Part shown: positions 36,124 through 46,149 of the stretch, in pieces
Layout of the letters: the number at the start of each line of letters is the position of its first letter
How positions within the stretch are numbered: the stretch's first letter is position 1
From: an uncultured Bacteroidales bacterium
Lineage (GTDB): Bacteria; Bacteroidota; Bacteroidia; Bacteroidales; JAUNSR01
Assembly: GCA_947074105.1 (NCBI GenBank)
Contig: CAMTON010000001.1
Location: forward strand, 138,058 to 202,057
Direction: 5' to 3'
Length of the DNA: 64,000 bases
Made by a program: the position numbers and the translations under genes
Notes under the pieces: generated by a model
Told to the model about the DNA's origin: nothing
The model's database searches: none
What the model saw: only the letters and a program-made list of their open reading frames with translations

Positions 36124-36184
36124 AAATCCGGTATGCAACAATCCCTGAAAATATTATCGGGACAATCTGCATACCGGATTTTTT
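36124..36184. terminator. bidirectional terminator between the LuxR and AraC genes
   Basis: 14-bp stem AAATCCGGTATGCA (36124-36137) / TGCATACCGGATTT (36168-36181), with T-runs on both strands. Confidence 0.8.
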
Positions 36185-36998
36185 ATTTTATACTTGACGG
36201 AAGAACTCCAAATTCCCGCTTAAAAGCCGTAGTAAAGTGAGAGCGGTTTCTGAATCCTACTTTCCAGCATATTTCTGAGACCGGAAGATTATTATCTTTC
36301 AGCATTTCATATGCCCTCTCCAGTCTCCGCTTAACAAGCCATTTTTCAGGAGGAAGTTCCGAGAACTTTGCAAAATCCCTTTTAAATGTTGCCAGCGAAC
36401 GCCCCGTATACAGCGCAAATTCCTTCATTGTCAGATCAGAAGTATAGTTACTCTCCATAAACTCGTAGAGGTCTATTTTCCATGTCTCACAAAAATCAAA
36501 AAGCGTGGGATAAAACTTTTCATCAAGTTTCAGAAGACAATCAATCGCATCCGATATCATATTATCTATATATTCCGATTCAGGTATATTTCCTTTATCT
36601 GTATAGACGCTCAAAGACGCGAAGAGATTATCTGTGGCAACGATATGAGGTAGTATTATTGCAGCCTCGCCCAAACGTTTGGTCTCCCTGATTTTTGTCA
36701 GATCCTTATGCTGACGGTAATAACGCTGTAGCGTATCACCTTTGAGACATATATTTATAGCCTTATACGACTGATTTTCATATGAAGTCTTATGCAGTCT
36801 TATATGGTGATCTCTCCTTAAAAACACATATTGACCGGCTTTTACGCTTAACGACTTTCCGGCATATTCAATATTCATAACTCCTGAATATACATTAATA
36901 AGAGCATGATAAGGCATACGGAATTCATTAAGCCAGTCATCGGGCAAAAAACAACTGAAAACTATATCATTGTAAATATGCAGTCTGTCTTCCAGCAT
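36183..36998 (-). CDS. AraC-family transcriptional regulator
   Basis: C-terminal double HTH (MKEFALYTGRSLATFKRDFAKF .. VSEICWKVGFRNRSHFTTAFKREFGVLPS). Its ATG overlaps the upstream stop by 1 nt (TGATG). Confidence 0.85.
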   Translation of the reverse strand: MLEDRLHIYNDIVFSCFLPDDWLNEFRMPYHALINVYSGVMNIEYAGKSLSVKAGQYVFLRRDHHIRLHKTSYENQSYKAINICLKGDTLQRYYRQHKDLTKIRETKRLGEAAIILPHIVATDNLFASLSVYTDKGNIPESEYIDNMISDAIDCLLKLDEKFYPTLFDFCETWKIDLYEFMESNYTSDLTMKEFALYTGRSLATFKRDFAKFSELPPEKWLVKRRLERAYEMLKDNNLPVSEICWKVGFRNRSHFTTAFKREFGVLPSSIK

Positions 36999-37555
36999 CA
37001 GAGAGTCTTTAATAAATCCATCAGACGATCTGCATGTTCTTTACTTTTCTGAATCTGCTGATCAATAAGTTCCGGAGTCGTCCTGTGGCCATAACTTAAA
37101 CCTCCGGTATAGATATATCCTTCATATTCCATCTGGCATAATCTGCTTGTCGCTTTAAAACACGGAAGAAAATCATCAATTTCATAACCCATTGCGCCTT
37201 CACGGGAATACATATATTCCGGTGCCCCTGACGTAAATGAAAGTATTAGTTTTTTTCCTTTAAGTTTATCACCTGTAGATCCATGAGAAAAACCATGTCT
37301 GAAAGTTTCTTCCATCCAGCGCTCAAGAAGCGACGGAGCTGAATACCAGAATATAGGAAACTGCAGGACTATTATATCCGACCATATTAGTTTTTCCTGT
37401 TCTGCAGGAACATCGATTTTAAAATCGGGATAAAGAGAATCAAGACGCACAATCTGAGCCTGCGGCAGTTTCAGTTCCAATGTTTCAAGGATTGTTTTAT
37501 TTGCCAGAGAAACCGACAGATCTGTATGTCCGCTTATTACAAGAATATTCTTCAT
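36998..37555 (-). CDS. flavodoxin-like-fold NAD(P)H oxidoreductase (KefF/MdaB/YwrO-like)
   Basis: ILVISGH..ANKTI..IIVLQFPIFWYSAPSLLERWME pattern; 185 aa; paralogue of 47909-48469. Confidence 0.75.
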   Translation of the reverse strand: MKNILVISGHTDLSVSLANKTILETLELKLPQAQIVRLDSLYPDFKIDVPAEQEKLIWSDIIVLQFPIFWYSAPSLLERWMEETFRHGFSHGSTGDKLKGKKLILSFTSGAPEYMYSREGAMGYEIDDFLPCFKATSRLCQMEYEGYIYTGGLSYGHRTTPELIDQQIQKSKEHADRLMDLLKTL

Positions 37556-37608
37556 ATTTATATTTTATCAGATTATATAAATCATTTTAATAGCTTATTT
37601 TCCTTTCC

Positions 37609-38475
37609 TTACTTCTTATTGGCCGGATTAAACTGTCTGTCATAATCAAGCAGAAATTTTACAAGTTTTGGATTACGGTGTGAAAAGTCAGGATTGGCAG
37701 GCTTTTCAAGAGATATGAAACTTTCCATCTCTTCTTTTTCAAGAGCGAAGTCAAAAACATCGAGATTCTGGCTCATACGCTCCTTATTTGCTGATTTCGG
37801 TATAGCAATAATATCGCGCTGAATAAGATAGCGCAATGCAATTTGTTGAGGTGTCTTTTCATATTTCTCTGCAAGAGCCCTGATTACCGGATTTGTCATG
37901 AGGTCGGGATCTCCCTGGGTAAGAGGCGCCCATGCCATTAAACGGGTACCGTAAGGCTTCATCTCTGCTTCAGCCTCCCATTGTTGAGAAAAGACATTTG
38001 TTTTAAGCTGATTTACCGCCGGTTTTATTTCTGCATATTCGGCCATATCGACAAAACGGTCAGGATAAAAATTACTAAGTCCTATTGCTCTGACCTTACC
38101 ATCTCTTACTGCTTTTTCCATAGCACGCCATGTACCGGGATAATCACTGAATGGCTGATGAATCAACAGAAGATCAATATAATCGGTATTAAGTTTGCGA
38201 AGACTCTCTTCTATACTTTCAGAGGCTTTTTTTTCTCCGGAATTTGTAATCCATACCTTAGTGGTCAAAAACAGTTCATCCCTGTTTACTCCGGATTTTG
38301 TTACAGCTTTTCCTACTCCTTCTTCATTATAATAAGCCTGAGCAGTATCGATAAGTCTGTAGCCTGCACTTATCGCGTTAAGCACACATCGCTCACATTC
38401 TTCAGGAGATACCTGAAATACTCCGTAACCGATTATCGGCATTTCAATACCGTTATTCAATTTTATTGTCTGCAT
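37609..38475 (-). CDS. aldo/keto reductase
   Basis: AKR catalytic tetrad contexts GYRLIDTAQAYYNE (D, Y), LTTKVW (K) and LLLIHQP (H); 288 aa. Confidence 0.9.
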   Translation of the reverse strand: MQTIKLNNGIEMPIIGYGVFQVSPEECERCVLNAISAGYRLIDTAQAYYNEEGVGKAVTKSGVNRDELFLTTKVWITNSGEKKASESIEESLRKLNTDYIDLLLIHQPFSDYPGTWRAMEKAVRDGKVRAIGLSNFYPDRFVDMAEYAEIKPAVNQLKTNVFSQQWEAEAEMKPYGTRLMAWAPLTQGDPDLMTNPVIRALAEKYEKTPQQIALRYLIQRDIIAIPKSANKERMSQNLDVFDFALEKEEMESFISLEKPANPDFSHRNPKLVKFLLDYDRQFNPANKK

Positions 38476-38519
38476 AATTCCAGTTTCTTTAATATTTAAT
38501 TTACCATCTTCTTAAAACG

Positions 38520-38534
38520 CCATATCAGATATGG
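38520..38534. promoter_or_regulatory. perfect 7-1-7 palindrome CCATATC-A-GATATGG upstream of the AKR operon
   Basis: Read directly; lies 45-59 nt upstream of the ATG at 38475. Confidence 0.35.
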
Positions 38535-38546
38535 TCTTCTCTATAA

Positions 38547-38558
38547 GTCCGGCCGGAC
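38547..38558. promoter_or_regulatory. perfect 12-nt palindrome GTCCGGCCGGAC
   Basis: Read directly; a GC-rich palindrome in an AT-rich promoter region. Confidence 0.3.
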
Positions 38559-38630
38559 CGACAAACACAGATAATATATATTCCAGATTAATAACTCCTT
38601 CTCTTCATTATCTTCGTTTGCCTACAGATG

Positions 38631-38638
38631 CAAAAATA
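38631..38638 (-). promoter_or_regulatory. -7 box TATTTTTG upstream of the AKR operon
   Basis: TAnnTTTG match about 156 nt upstream of the ATG, placing both palindromes in the transcribed leader or operator zone. Confidence 0.3.
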
Positions 38639-38781
38639 TATTCTTATGGCGTAACCGGGTTTACTCAGAAGCTCAATCTTCTCATTTATGAAAATTAATA
38701 GATAACAGAAATAGCCTCAATACAATATTGACCATTGTACAGAGACTATTTAACACGGCTTTACCATGTATTTTCGCAAAC

Positions 38782-38834
38782 AAAAAAGACCATAATAACA
38801 GACTTTACATTATATGCAGTCTGTTATTATGGTC
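38782..38834 (-). terminator. rho-independent terminator of recQ
   Basis: Perfect 17-bp stem GACCATAATAACAGACT (38788-38804) / AGTCTGTTATTATGGTC (38818-38834), followed on the minus strand by TTTTTTG. Confidence 0.85.
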
Positions 38835-38847
38835 AGTATCTTTTATC

Positions 38848-41028
38848 TTAGTTACCCATTTCAGAAAGGAATTTTATACGTACGAGTCTGATTTCCTCTT
38901 CTGTATAATCACTTCCAAGTTCTTTATAAGCGTCTTCAAGACTATCGGTTTCAGCTTCCTTGAAATATTCGAATATATCTTCAATATGATCTTCATCAAT
39001 GATTTCATTCAAGAAATAATCAATATTGATTTTAGTTCCGGAATAAACAATAGCTTCTACTTCATCCAGAAGATCAGCAAAATCAAGACCTTTGGATTCA
39101 GCAAGTTCATCAAGAGCTATTTTTCTGTCAATACCCTGAATGATCGAAACTTTCATTTTCGATTTGTTGGCAACGGTTCTAACTCTGAGATCTTCAGGAC
39201 GTTCGATTTCCTTTTCTTCGCAATGAGTCTTAATCAGTTTCAAAAACTCATCACCATATCTCTTAGCCTTACCCGCACCGACACCCGGAATGTTCTGAAG
39301 CTCATCCATTGTTACAGGATAAGTCGTAGCCATAGCTTCAAGTGAAGGATCCTGGAAAATCACATATGGAGGGAGCTCCAGTTTTTTAGCGATCTTCTTT
39401 CTCAGATCTTTCAGCATAGTATAAAGCTCTTCATCAGCTGCGCAAGAACCGGCACTTTTTACCTGTGTCTCTTCATCTTCATCCTCAAACTCATTATCTT
39501 CCACAATCTTGAAAGAAACTGGTTTCTTTAAAAATTGCTGTCCGGATTTTGTAACTTTAAGTATTCCGTAGTTTTCAATATCTTTATCTAAATATCCTGC
39601 TATAAGAGCCTGACGGATCACCGTATTCCAGGTTTTCTCATCTTCTTCCTGTCCGCAACCGAACAAATCAAGATCTTCATGCTGATAAGAAAGAATATCT
39701 TCAGTCTCTTTTCCGAGAAGGACATCAATTACATAATCCGATTTAAATTTCTCTTTCAATGCTGTAACCGTTTCAATTACCGCACATAATAAATCTTTAG
39801 CTTCCACTTGTTTCTTAGGATTTAAACAATTGTCACAATTTCCACAATTTTCTTCTTTATACTCTTCTCCAAAATAGTGCAACAAGCTTTTCCTTCTGCA
39901 AACAGAAGACTCAGCATAACCGGCTGTCTCCATCAACAAAAGCTTTCCTATCTCCTGCTCGGCAAGAGGTTTATTCTGCATGAATTTTTCCAGCTTCTGT
40001 AGATCCTTGTAGGCATAAAAAGCTACACAACGACCTTCCCCGCCATCTCTTCCGGCTCTCCCCGTTTCCTGGTAATACCCTTCAAGACTTTTGGGCATAT
40101 CGTAATGTATGACATATCTCACATCAGGTTTGTCAATACCCATACCAAAAGCAATGGTAGCTACAATAACGTCAACTTTCTCAAGTAGAAACGAATCCTG
40201 GTTCTGACTTCTCACACCACTGTCCATTCCTGCATGATAGGCAAGCGCATTGACTCCGTTAGCCCTCAGTATCTCGGCAAACTCCTCAACTTTTTTTCTG
40301 CTTAGACAATAAACAATACCGGATTTCCCGCTCTGAGATTTGATAAAACGTATGATATCCTTATCCACATCTTTCTTCTTGGGACGTATCTCATAGTAGA
40401 GATTATCTCTGTTGAATGAAGACTTAAACACATTCGCATCAAGCATACCAAGGTTTTTCTGTATATCACTCTGAACCTTCGGTGTCGCAGTAGCCGTAAG
40501 TGCTATCAAAGGACGTTTACCGATCTCATTGATTATTGGTCTGATTCTTCTGTATTCAGGTCGGAAATCATGTCCCCACTCTGAGATACAATGAGCTTCA
40601 TCTATGGCATAAAATGAAATTTTGATCCCTTTCAGAAACTCAATATTATCTTCTTTTGTCAAAGATTCCGGTGCTACATATAAGAGTTTTGTTTTCCCTG
40701 AGATGATGTCTTTGCGTACCTGTTCTATCGCACCCTTCGATAATGAAGAATTGATAAAATGAGCAACGCCGTCATCTTCACTGAAACTTCTCATGGCATC
40801 AACCTGATTTTTCATCAATGCTATCAACGGAGAAATAACTATAGCCGTCCCCTCCATCAACAATGAAGGCAATTGATAACAAAGTGATTTTCCTCCACCT
40901 GTGGGCATAAGAACAAACGTATCATTACCTGCGATCAAACTCTCGATCACAGCTTCCTGGTTTCCTTTAAATGAGTCGAAACCGAAATGTTGTTTTAGTC
41001 CACTATGAAGATCTAATGATTTTGTCAT
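38848..41028 (-). CDS. recQ: ATP-dependent DNA helicase RecQ
   Basis: PTGGGKS, the DEAH box (AIDEAHCISEWGHDFRPEY), the zinc-binding cluster (CRRKSLLHYFGE..CGNCDNC), RQC, and a C-terminal HRDC-like region. Confidence 0.95.
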   Translation of the reverse strand: MTKSLDLHSGLKQHFGFDSFKGNQEAVIESLIAGNDTFVLMPTGGGKSLCYQLPSLLMEGTAIVISPLIALMKNQVDAMRSFSEDDGVAHFINSSLSKGAIEQVRKDIISGKTKLLYVAPESLTKEDNIEFLKGIKISFYAIDEAHCISEWGHDFRPEYRRIRPIINEIGKRPLIALTATATPKVQSDIQKNLGMLDANVFKSSFNRDNLYYEIRPKKKDVDKDIIRFIKSQSGKSGIVYCLSRKKVEEFAEILRANGVNALAYHAGMDSGVRSQNQDSFLLEKVDVIVATIAFGMGIDKPDVRYVIHYDMPKSLEGYYQETGRAGRDGGEGRCVAFYAYKDLQKLEKFMQNKPLAEQEIGKLLLMETAGYAESSVCRRKSLLHYFGEEYKEENCGNCDNCLNPKKQVEAKDLLCAVIETVTALKEKFKSDYVIDVLLGKETEDILSYQHEDLDLFGCGQEEDEKTWNTVIRQALIAGYLDKDIENYGILKVTKSGQQFLKKPVSFKIVEDNEFEDEDEETQVKSAGSCAADEELYTMLKDLRKKIAKKLELPPYVIFQDPSLEAMATTYPVTMDELQNIPGVGAGKAKRYGDEFLKLIKTHCEEKEIERPEDLRVRTVANKSKMKVSIIQGIDRKIALDELAESKGLDFADLLDEVEAIVYSGTKINIDYFLNEIIDEDHIEDIFEYFKEAETDSLEDAYKELGSDYTEEEIRLVRIKFLSEMGN

Positions 41029-41080
41029 ACTTCTTCTTATATGTAATATTTTCTAAACACCAGCACTAATAATTGAATTT

Positions 41081-41088
41081 CAAAGGTA
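41081..41088 (-). promoter_or_regulatory. -7 box TACCTTTG for recQ
   Basis: TAnnTTTG match 53 nt upstream of the ATG at 41028. Confidence 0.4.
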
Positions 41089-41158
41089 AATAACAATGAT
41101 ATACCTTTACCATATCCGGTCTATATTTTTTCTTTAAAATTCAGAAAAAAACCAAATA

Positions 41159-42403
41159 CTATGTAGTAATCATATTTTCAAAATTCGACTTCTCAAGCAT
41201 CTGCTTTGCGTAGTCGTATGAAATTCTTAATTCTTTTTCCCCTGTCGACGGAATCTCAAACATCGCTTCCATCATTATTGACTCTACGATAGATCTTAAT
41301 CCGCGAGCTCCGAGTTTATGTACCAGTGCCTGATCGACTATATAATCATAAACATCGTCCTCAAAGATTAAGTTGATTCCATCAAGAGAAAATAGCTTCT
41401 TATATTGCTTTACTATAGAATTTTTAGGTTCTGTAAGAATATTTCTTAAAACTTTTTTATCCAGAGGCTCAAGATATGTAAGTATAGGAAGTCGTCCGAT
41501 AAGCTCAGGAATAAGTCCGAAACTTCTCAGGTCACTATGATTTACATATTTCAGAAGATTTTCTCTGTCGATATCCTGTTTCATATAAGAAGAATATCCC
41601 ACAGCTCTTGTATTCATTCTTTTACTTATCACACGCTCAAGTCCATCGAAAGCTCCTCCGCAAATGAAAAGAATATTTTTTGTATCTACCTGAATCATTT
41701 TTGCCTCAGGATGCTTTCTTCCTCCGTTCGGCGGAACATTCACAGTCGATCCTTCAAGCATCTTAAGAAGTCCCTGCTGAACACCTTCTCCGTTCACATC
41801 TCTTGTTATGGACGGATTAGCACTTTTGCGGGCTATCTTATCGATCTCATCAATAAATACAATTCCTTTTTCCGTAGCTTCAACATCCATATCTGCATCA
41901 TGAAGCAAACGTGTCAGAATGCTCTCGATATCCTCACCCACATAACCTGCTTCCGTAAACACCGTAGCGTCCACAATAGTAAAAGGCACATGTAGAAGTT
42001 TCGCGATTGTTCTGGCAAGCAAAGTCTTCCCTGTCCCCGTAGGACCTACCATGATAATGTTTGATTTTTCAATCTCAACACCATCATCTTCAAACTTCTC
42101 TTCCTGAAACACTCTTTTATAATGGTTATACACCGCCACCGAAAGAACTTTCTTTGCCGAGTCCTGACCTATCACATATTCGTCAAGAGCAGCTTTGATA
42201 CCTTTAGGCGTAGGCAGTTCGTCTGCCGTTACAATCTTTGTACCGGCTTTACCCTTTATATCCTTAACATTTTCTTTTACTATATCAGCAGCCTGTAATG
42301 AGCAGGAATCACATATACATCCATCAAGACCTTCTATAAGAAGGTTTACATCCTTACGTGGTCTTCCACACAACGAGCAATGGTCACCGGTCTGTTTAGC
42401 CAT
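41159..42403 (-). CDS. clpX: ATP-dependent Clp protease ATP-binding subunit ClpX
   Basis: N-terminal C4 zinc finger (CSLCGR..CDSC), Walker A GPTGTGKT, and an IGF-loop region. Confidence 0.95.
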   Translation of the reverse strand: MAKQTGDHCSLCGRPRKDVNLLIEGLDGCICDSCSLQAADIVKENVKDIKGKAGTKIVTADELPTPKGIKAALDEYVIGQDSAKKVLSVAVYNHYKRVFQEEKFEDDGVEIEKSNIIMVGPTGTGKTLLARTIAKLLHVPFTIVDATVFTEAGYVGEDIESILTRLLHDADMDVEATEKGIVFIDEIDKIARKSANPSITRDVNGEGVQQGLLKMLEGSTVNVPPNGGRKHPEAKMIQVDTKNILFICGGAFDGLERVISKRMNTRAVGYSSYMKQDIDRENLLKYVNHSDLRSFGLIPELIGRLPILTYLEPLDKKVLRNILTEPKNSIVKQYKKLFSLDGINLIFEDDVYDYIVDQALVHKLGARGLRSIVESIMMEAMFEIPSTGEKELRISYDYAKQMLEKSNFENMITT

Positions 42404-42419
42404 TAACCTTATATTTTAT

Positions 42420-43088
42420 TTATTTTTTCACTCTTGTCAACACCTGATCAATCATACCGTATTCCTTAGCTTCCTCAGAAGTCATCCAGAAGTCACGATC
42501 AGAGTCTCTTTCTATTTTCTCAAATTCATTATGAGAGTGATCAGCAATTATAGTGTAAAGTTCTTTCTTTAATTTCTGAATCTCTCTTACAGTAATCTCC
42601 ATGTCTGAAGCCTGTCCCTGCATTCCGCCAAGAGGCTGATGGATCATGATTCTTGAATGCTTAAGAGCGAAACGTTTGTTTTCCGCACCCGCCACAAGAA
42701 GTACCGCAGCCATAGATGCCGCCATACCTGTACATATCGTAGATACATCACTCTGAATATATTGCATTGTGTCATAAATGCCCAGACCTGCATAAACTGA
42801 TCCGCCAGGAGAATTTATATATATCGAAATATCCTTGCCCGGTTCGGCAGAATCAAGATATAGGAGCTGTGCCTGTATTACATTCGCAGCATAATCGTCA
42901 ACCTGAGTCCCAAGAAAGATAATTCGATCCATCATCAGACGTGAAAACACATCCATCTGCGCCACATTCAACTGTCGCTCTTCGATGATTGTCGGTGAGA
43001 TATAACTGCTTGTAATATTCATATACTTATCAAGCGCGTTTGCATTCATATTCAAATGCATTTTGGCAAATTTTTTAAACTCTTCCAT
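42420..43088 (-). CDS. clpP: ATP-dependent Clp protease proteolytic subunit
   Basis: Catalytic contexts [11 protein letters not shown] (Ser) and IMIHQPLGG (His). Confidence 0.95.
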   Translation of the reverse strand: MEEFKKFAKMHLNMNANALDKYMNITSSYISPTIIEERQLNVAQMDVFSRLMMDRIIFLGTQVDDYAANVIQAQLLYLDSAEPGKDISIYINSPGGSVYAGLGIYDTMQYIQSDVSTICTGMAASMAAVLLVAGAENKRFALKHSRIMIHQPLGGMQGQASDMEITVREIQKLKKELYTIIADHSHNEFEKIERDSDRDFWMTSEEAKEYGMIDQVLTRVKK

Positions 43089-43156
43089 ACTTGTAATAAT
43101 AACAACGGTTTAAAAGTTAATTATTCTTTCCTGTTTTTCAAAATTGAAATTAAGCA

Positions 43157-43187
43157 TAAAAAAATAACCCCGCAAATGCGAGGTTAT
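43157..43187 (-). terminator. terminator between tig and clpP
   Basis: ATAACCCCGCA (43164-43174) / TGCGAGGTTAT (43177-43187), flanked by A/T-runs. Confidence 0.7.
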
Positions 43188-43212
43188 TTTTTTATATTAA
43201 AATCTCAAATTA

Positions 43213-44571
43213 TTATTCTTTTACTTCGAATAACTTCTGAAACTCTTCTACTGATACTCCTTTCTCATCAAGAGAAACAAGATCTTTAACAGTAGCAACG
43301 ATCTTATCTTCGATAGCTCTCTCAGAGATGTTGCGTACAGCTTCTTTATTCTGAAGCATCTGTTTTGCGTAGTTTTCAAGAAGTTCAGCAGGGATGTTAG
43401 CCATACCGTACTGTGCGAACTGAGCCATTGTAGATCTCTTAGCGATCTCAAGAAGATCAGCTTCTTCAACTTTGATACCGTGATCTTTAACGATCTGTTC
43501 TTTGATCAGGTGCCATTTAAGTTCAGGAAGCATTTTTGGGAATTCTTCGTTTACCTGCTCTTCAGTACGGTCTTTACCTGTTGCGATCATCCATCTTTTC
43601 AATAGAGCTTCAGGCATTTCAAGATCACCTACTTTAGTTTCGATCATCTTACGTGAGTCGATACCGAATTTATAATCCTGCTCAGGGATAAGCTGCTCAG
43701 CGATCATATTTTTGATGTTTTCGATAAACTGCTCTTCTGTAGTACAGTCTTCACCGCAAGCGTTTTTGAATAGCTCTTCGTTTTTCTCAGCTGCAACGAA
43801 ATGAGTGATTTCGTTTACTGTAAAACGGAAGTTACCTGTGAAAGCAGCAGCTTCTTCTTTGCTCATTTTAAGGATAGAAGCAAGTTCTGCCTCATTTCCG
43901 CCTGCAGCTTCAGAAGGATTGAAATCCACAGTAGCAAATTTTTTGATAGCTGCGAATTTAGCTTTCTGCTCATCATTGTGGAAGTAAGAAGGCATAAGAG
44001 ATGCACCTTCTACCATAAGACCACCTTCTTTGATATTGCCATCAGCGTCAAGCTCTGCAAGATCGCCTTTCAGCATATCTTTATCGCCTGCTTCTTCAAC
44101 CTGCTCGTAAGAGCCGAATCTGTTCTGAAGAGCTGTAACCTGCTGGTCAATCATTTCTTCAGAGATAGCGATATTATAATAGTCTACTTTATCTTCTTTT
44201 GAAAGTTCTACTTTAACTTCAGGAGCTAAAGCAACATCGAATGAAACGATGAAATCATCAGCAGTTTCAAAGTCGATAACTTCCTGCTCAAGGCTTGGAA
44301 GAGGCTCGCCTAATACGTTAAGCTGGTTTTCACGGATATAACCGAACAAAGCCTCACCGATAGTTTTGTTGATTTCTTCCATTTTAACCTGTTTGCCAAA
44401 CATTTTATTGATCATGCTCATTGGCGCCATTCCTTTACGGAAGCCAGGAATATTTGCTTTTTTACGGTACTCTTTAAGAGTTGCATCTACTTTTTCCTGA
44501 TAGTCTGCTTTAGAAACTTCAATCTTGATAATAGCGTTAACTTTATCAACGTTCTGTAGTGAAATGTTCAT
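43213..44571 (-). CDS. tig: trigger factor
   Basis: N-terminal ribosome-binding signature IPGFRKGMAP, a length of 452 aa, and its position upstream of clpP-clpX. Confidence 0.9.
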   Translation of the reverse strand: MNISLQNVDKVNAIIKIEVSKADYQEKVDATLKEYRKKANIPGFRKGMAPMSMINKMFGKQVKMEEINKTIGEALFGYIRENQLNVLGEPLPSLEQEVIDFETADDFIVSFDVALAPEVKVELSKEDKVDYYNIAISEEMIDQQVTALQNRFGSYEQVEEAGDKDMLKGDLAELDADGNIKEGGLMVEGASLMPSYFHNDEQKAKFAAIKKFATVDFNPSEAAGGNEAELASILKMSKEEAAAFTGNFRFTVNEITHFVAAEKNEELFKNACGEDCTTEEQFIENIKNMIAEQLIPEQDYKFGIDSRKMIETKVGDLEMPEALLKRWMIATGKDRTEEQVNEEFPKMLPELKWHLIKEQIVKDHGIKVEEADLLEIAKRSTMAQFAQYGMANIPAELLENYAKQMLQNKEAVRNISERAIEDKIVATVKDLVSLDEKGVSVEEFQKLFEVKE

Positions 44572-44654
44572 TCTTTCGAATTTTTATTTTGTTTATAATT
44601 CCTATTCTTTATTATAAATCGGATATGGAAAATCCATTATTATATTAAGGTTTG

Positions 44655-44662
44655 CAAAAATA
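44655..44662 (-). promoter_or_regulatory. -7 box TATTTTTG for tig
   Basis: TAnnTTTG match 84 nt upstream of the ATG at 44571. Confidence 0.4.
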
Positions 44663-44892
44663 ATGTCTTTATTTCTTAATAACAAACCTATTTATCAAAT
44701 ATTTATACGACTTTCTTCCAACTTCACAAGGTAATCACCTTATAAACATCAACTTAAACACAATTGGTTCATATTGTTAATGATTTTATTAATTAATAAT
44801 GATTGACTCTTTATATATTAATTTTTATATAATATAAGTCTCTTTTCCTGTTACAGACTTTTATTTACTATTACCGCCTACGTTTTTACAAA

Positions 44893-45200
44893 GTAATTCT
44901 GCGATTCCCGACTGTGATCCTCTCGCCTTATATGAAGCATCTGAAAGATTCCCGGGAGGAGTCAAATCAGTCATGTCGCAGCAAACGGTATGACACCACG
45001 GGAGAACCGGAATTACCTCTTCCGGAGGCCGTAAAAGACAACGGAGTTGAATATTTTCAGATAGTAGGAAATCTTACTTCGACCTTTGAAAAATTATAAA
45101 AACATATATTTTCCCTCTTTATAGTTTCTGAAATAATTATTAAAAATTTCAAACCGGCATTTTCTTTTTAATGAGGAAAACTGTCGGTTTTTCTTTTTTC
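44893..45200 (+). ncRNA. candidate structured small RNA or cis-regulatory leader (family not recognised)
   Basis: GC-enriched island in an 850-nt AT-rich gap. At least five helices contain G.U pairs that work only on the plus strand (details in findings). A near-consensus TACGTTTT box lies at 44879-44886, and an intrinsic terminator at 45152-45200. Confidence 0.35.
45152..45200 (+). terminator. rho-independent terminator (plus strand), ends the candidate RNA
   Basis: AACCGGCATTTTC (45152-45164) pairs with GAAAA-c-TGTCGGTT (45176-45189), with one G.U and one bulge, followed by TTTTTCTTTTTTCTG. Confidence 0.7.
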
Positions 45201-45418
45201 TGAAATCCTGTTTTATAATAATTACATAAATAATTACCCGTATTACTTTTTTAGCAGGGACTCAAGCCGAAGAAAAAACCTAATACACTATACATCAACA
45301 AATTGCAGAAAATGGAGTTATAAACTTTAAAATCATTTTTTTGTTTTGCATAAAGGCGGTTATTAATTAACTCCCGTTAATCAGCCTGCAGTAATCTATA
45401 AACTAATACATCGATAAA

Positions 45419-46108
45419 ATGGGAAATCAGATCAAACCGATAATCTGCGTAATAACAAGCAACGGAGTAAAAGGCTCAACAGGAATTCAGACAGGTTTCT
45501 GGTTAAGTGAATTGACTCATCCTCTGGATCAGTTTGAAGAAGCTGACCTTACCTATGAGATATTTTCCGTTATGGGCGGAGAGTCTCCTATAGACAATCA
45601 GAGCATGGATCTTGGAGATCTTATAAATTCAAGATTTATAAGTGATAACAATTTCATGCAAAAGATAAAAAACACGAAAAGCATAAACGAGGCAAATCCT
45701 GATGATTATTCAGCTATATTTTTTGCCGGCGGTCACGGACCTATGTGGGATTTTCCAAACTGCGAAGCCATACATGACATAATAAGAAAAATGTATGAGT
45801 CGGGAAAACCGGTTGCAGCCGTATGTCATGGTCCTAGTGCGCTGTTTAATGTTCAGCTCAGCAATAAAGATTATCTGATAAAAGGAAAGAAGCTTACCTC
45901 GTTTACCAATAATGAGGAAAAGGAAAATCAGACAACAACGATAGTTCCTTTTCTTCTTGAAACAGAACTGAGTAATCATCAGGCCTTATTTCAGGAATCT
46001 CCAAACTGGTCGGAAAATGTCATTGTCGACGGTAATCTGATAACGGGGCAGAATCCGGCCTCTGCTGCAGGAGTCGGCAAAAAGATAGCGGATCTTCTTT
46101 TGAAATAA
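45419..46108 (+). CDS. DJ-1/PfpI-family (type 1 glutamine-amidotransferase-like) protein
   Basis: Nucleophile elbow AAVCHGPSAL, preceded by FFAGGHGPMWDF; 229 aa. Confidence 0.8.
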   Translation: MGNQIKPIICVITSNGVKGSTGIQTGFWLSELTHPLDQFEEADLTYEIFSVMGGESPIDNQSMDLGDLINSRFISDNNFMQKIKNTKSINEANPDDYSAIFFAGGHGPMWDFPNCEAIHDIIRKMYESGKPVAAVCHGPSALFNVQLSNKDYLIKGKKLTSFTNNEEKENQTTTIVPFLLETELSNHQALFQESPNWSENVIVDGNLITGQNPASAAGVGKKIADLLLK

Positions 46109-46149
46109 TCAACAGATATTTTTTTCACCACTAAATAACTAATTAAATT

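Noticed and set aside
37981-39345. 172-aa and 205-aa plus-strand ORFs overlapping the AKR gene and the recQ 3' end
   Set aside because: They are antisense artefacts, and the second also spans the recQ terminator hairpin.
44914-45099. 61-codon (GTG) or 55-codon (ATG at 44932) plus-strand ORF as a real small protein
   Set aside because: It has no signal, TM segment or motif, and the region is better explained by plus-strand RNA helices with G.U pairs. It is not excluded and is listed as a test under the RNA finding.
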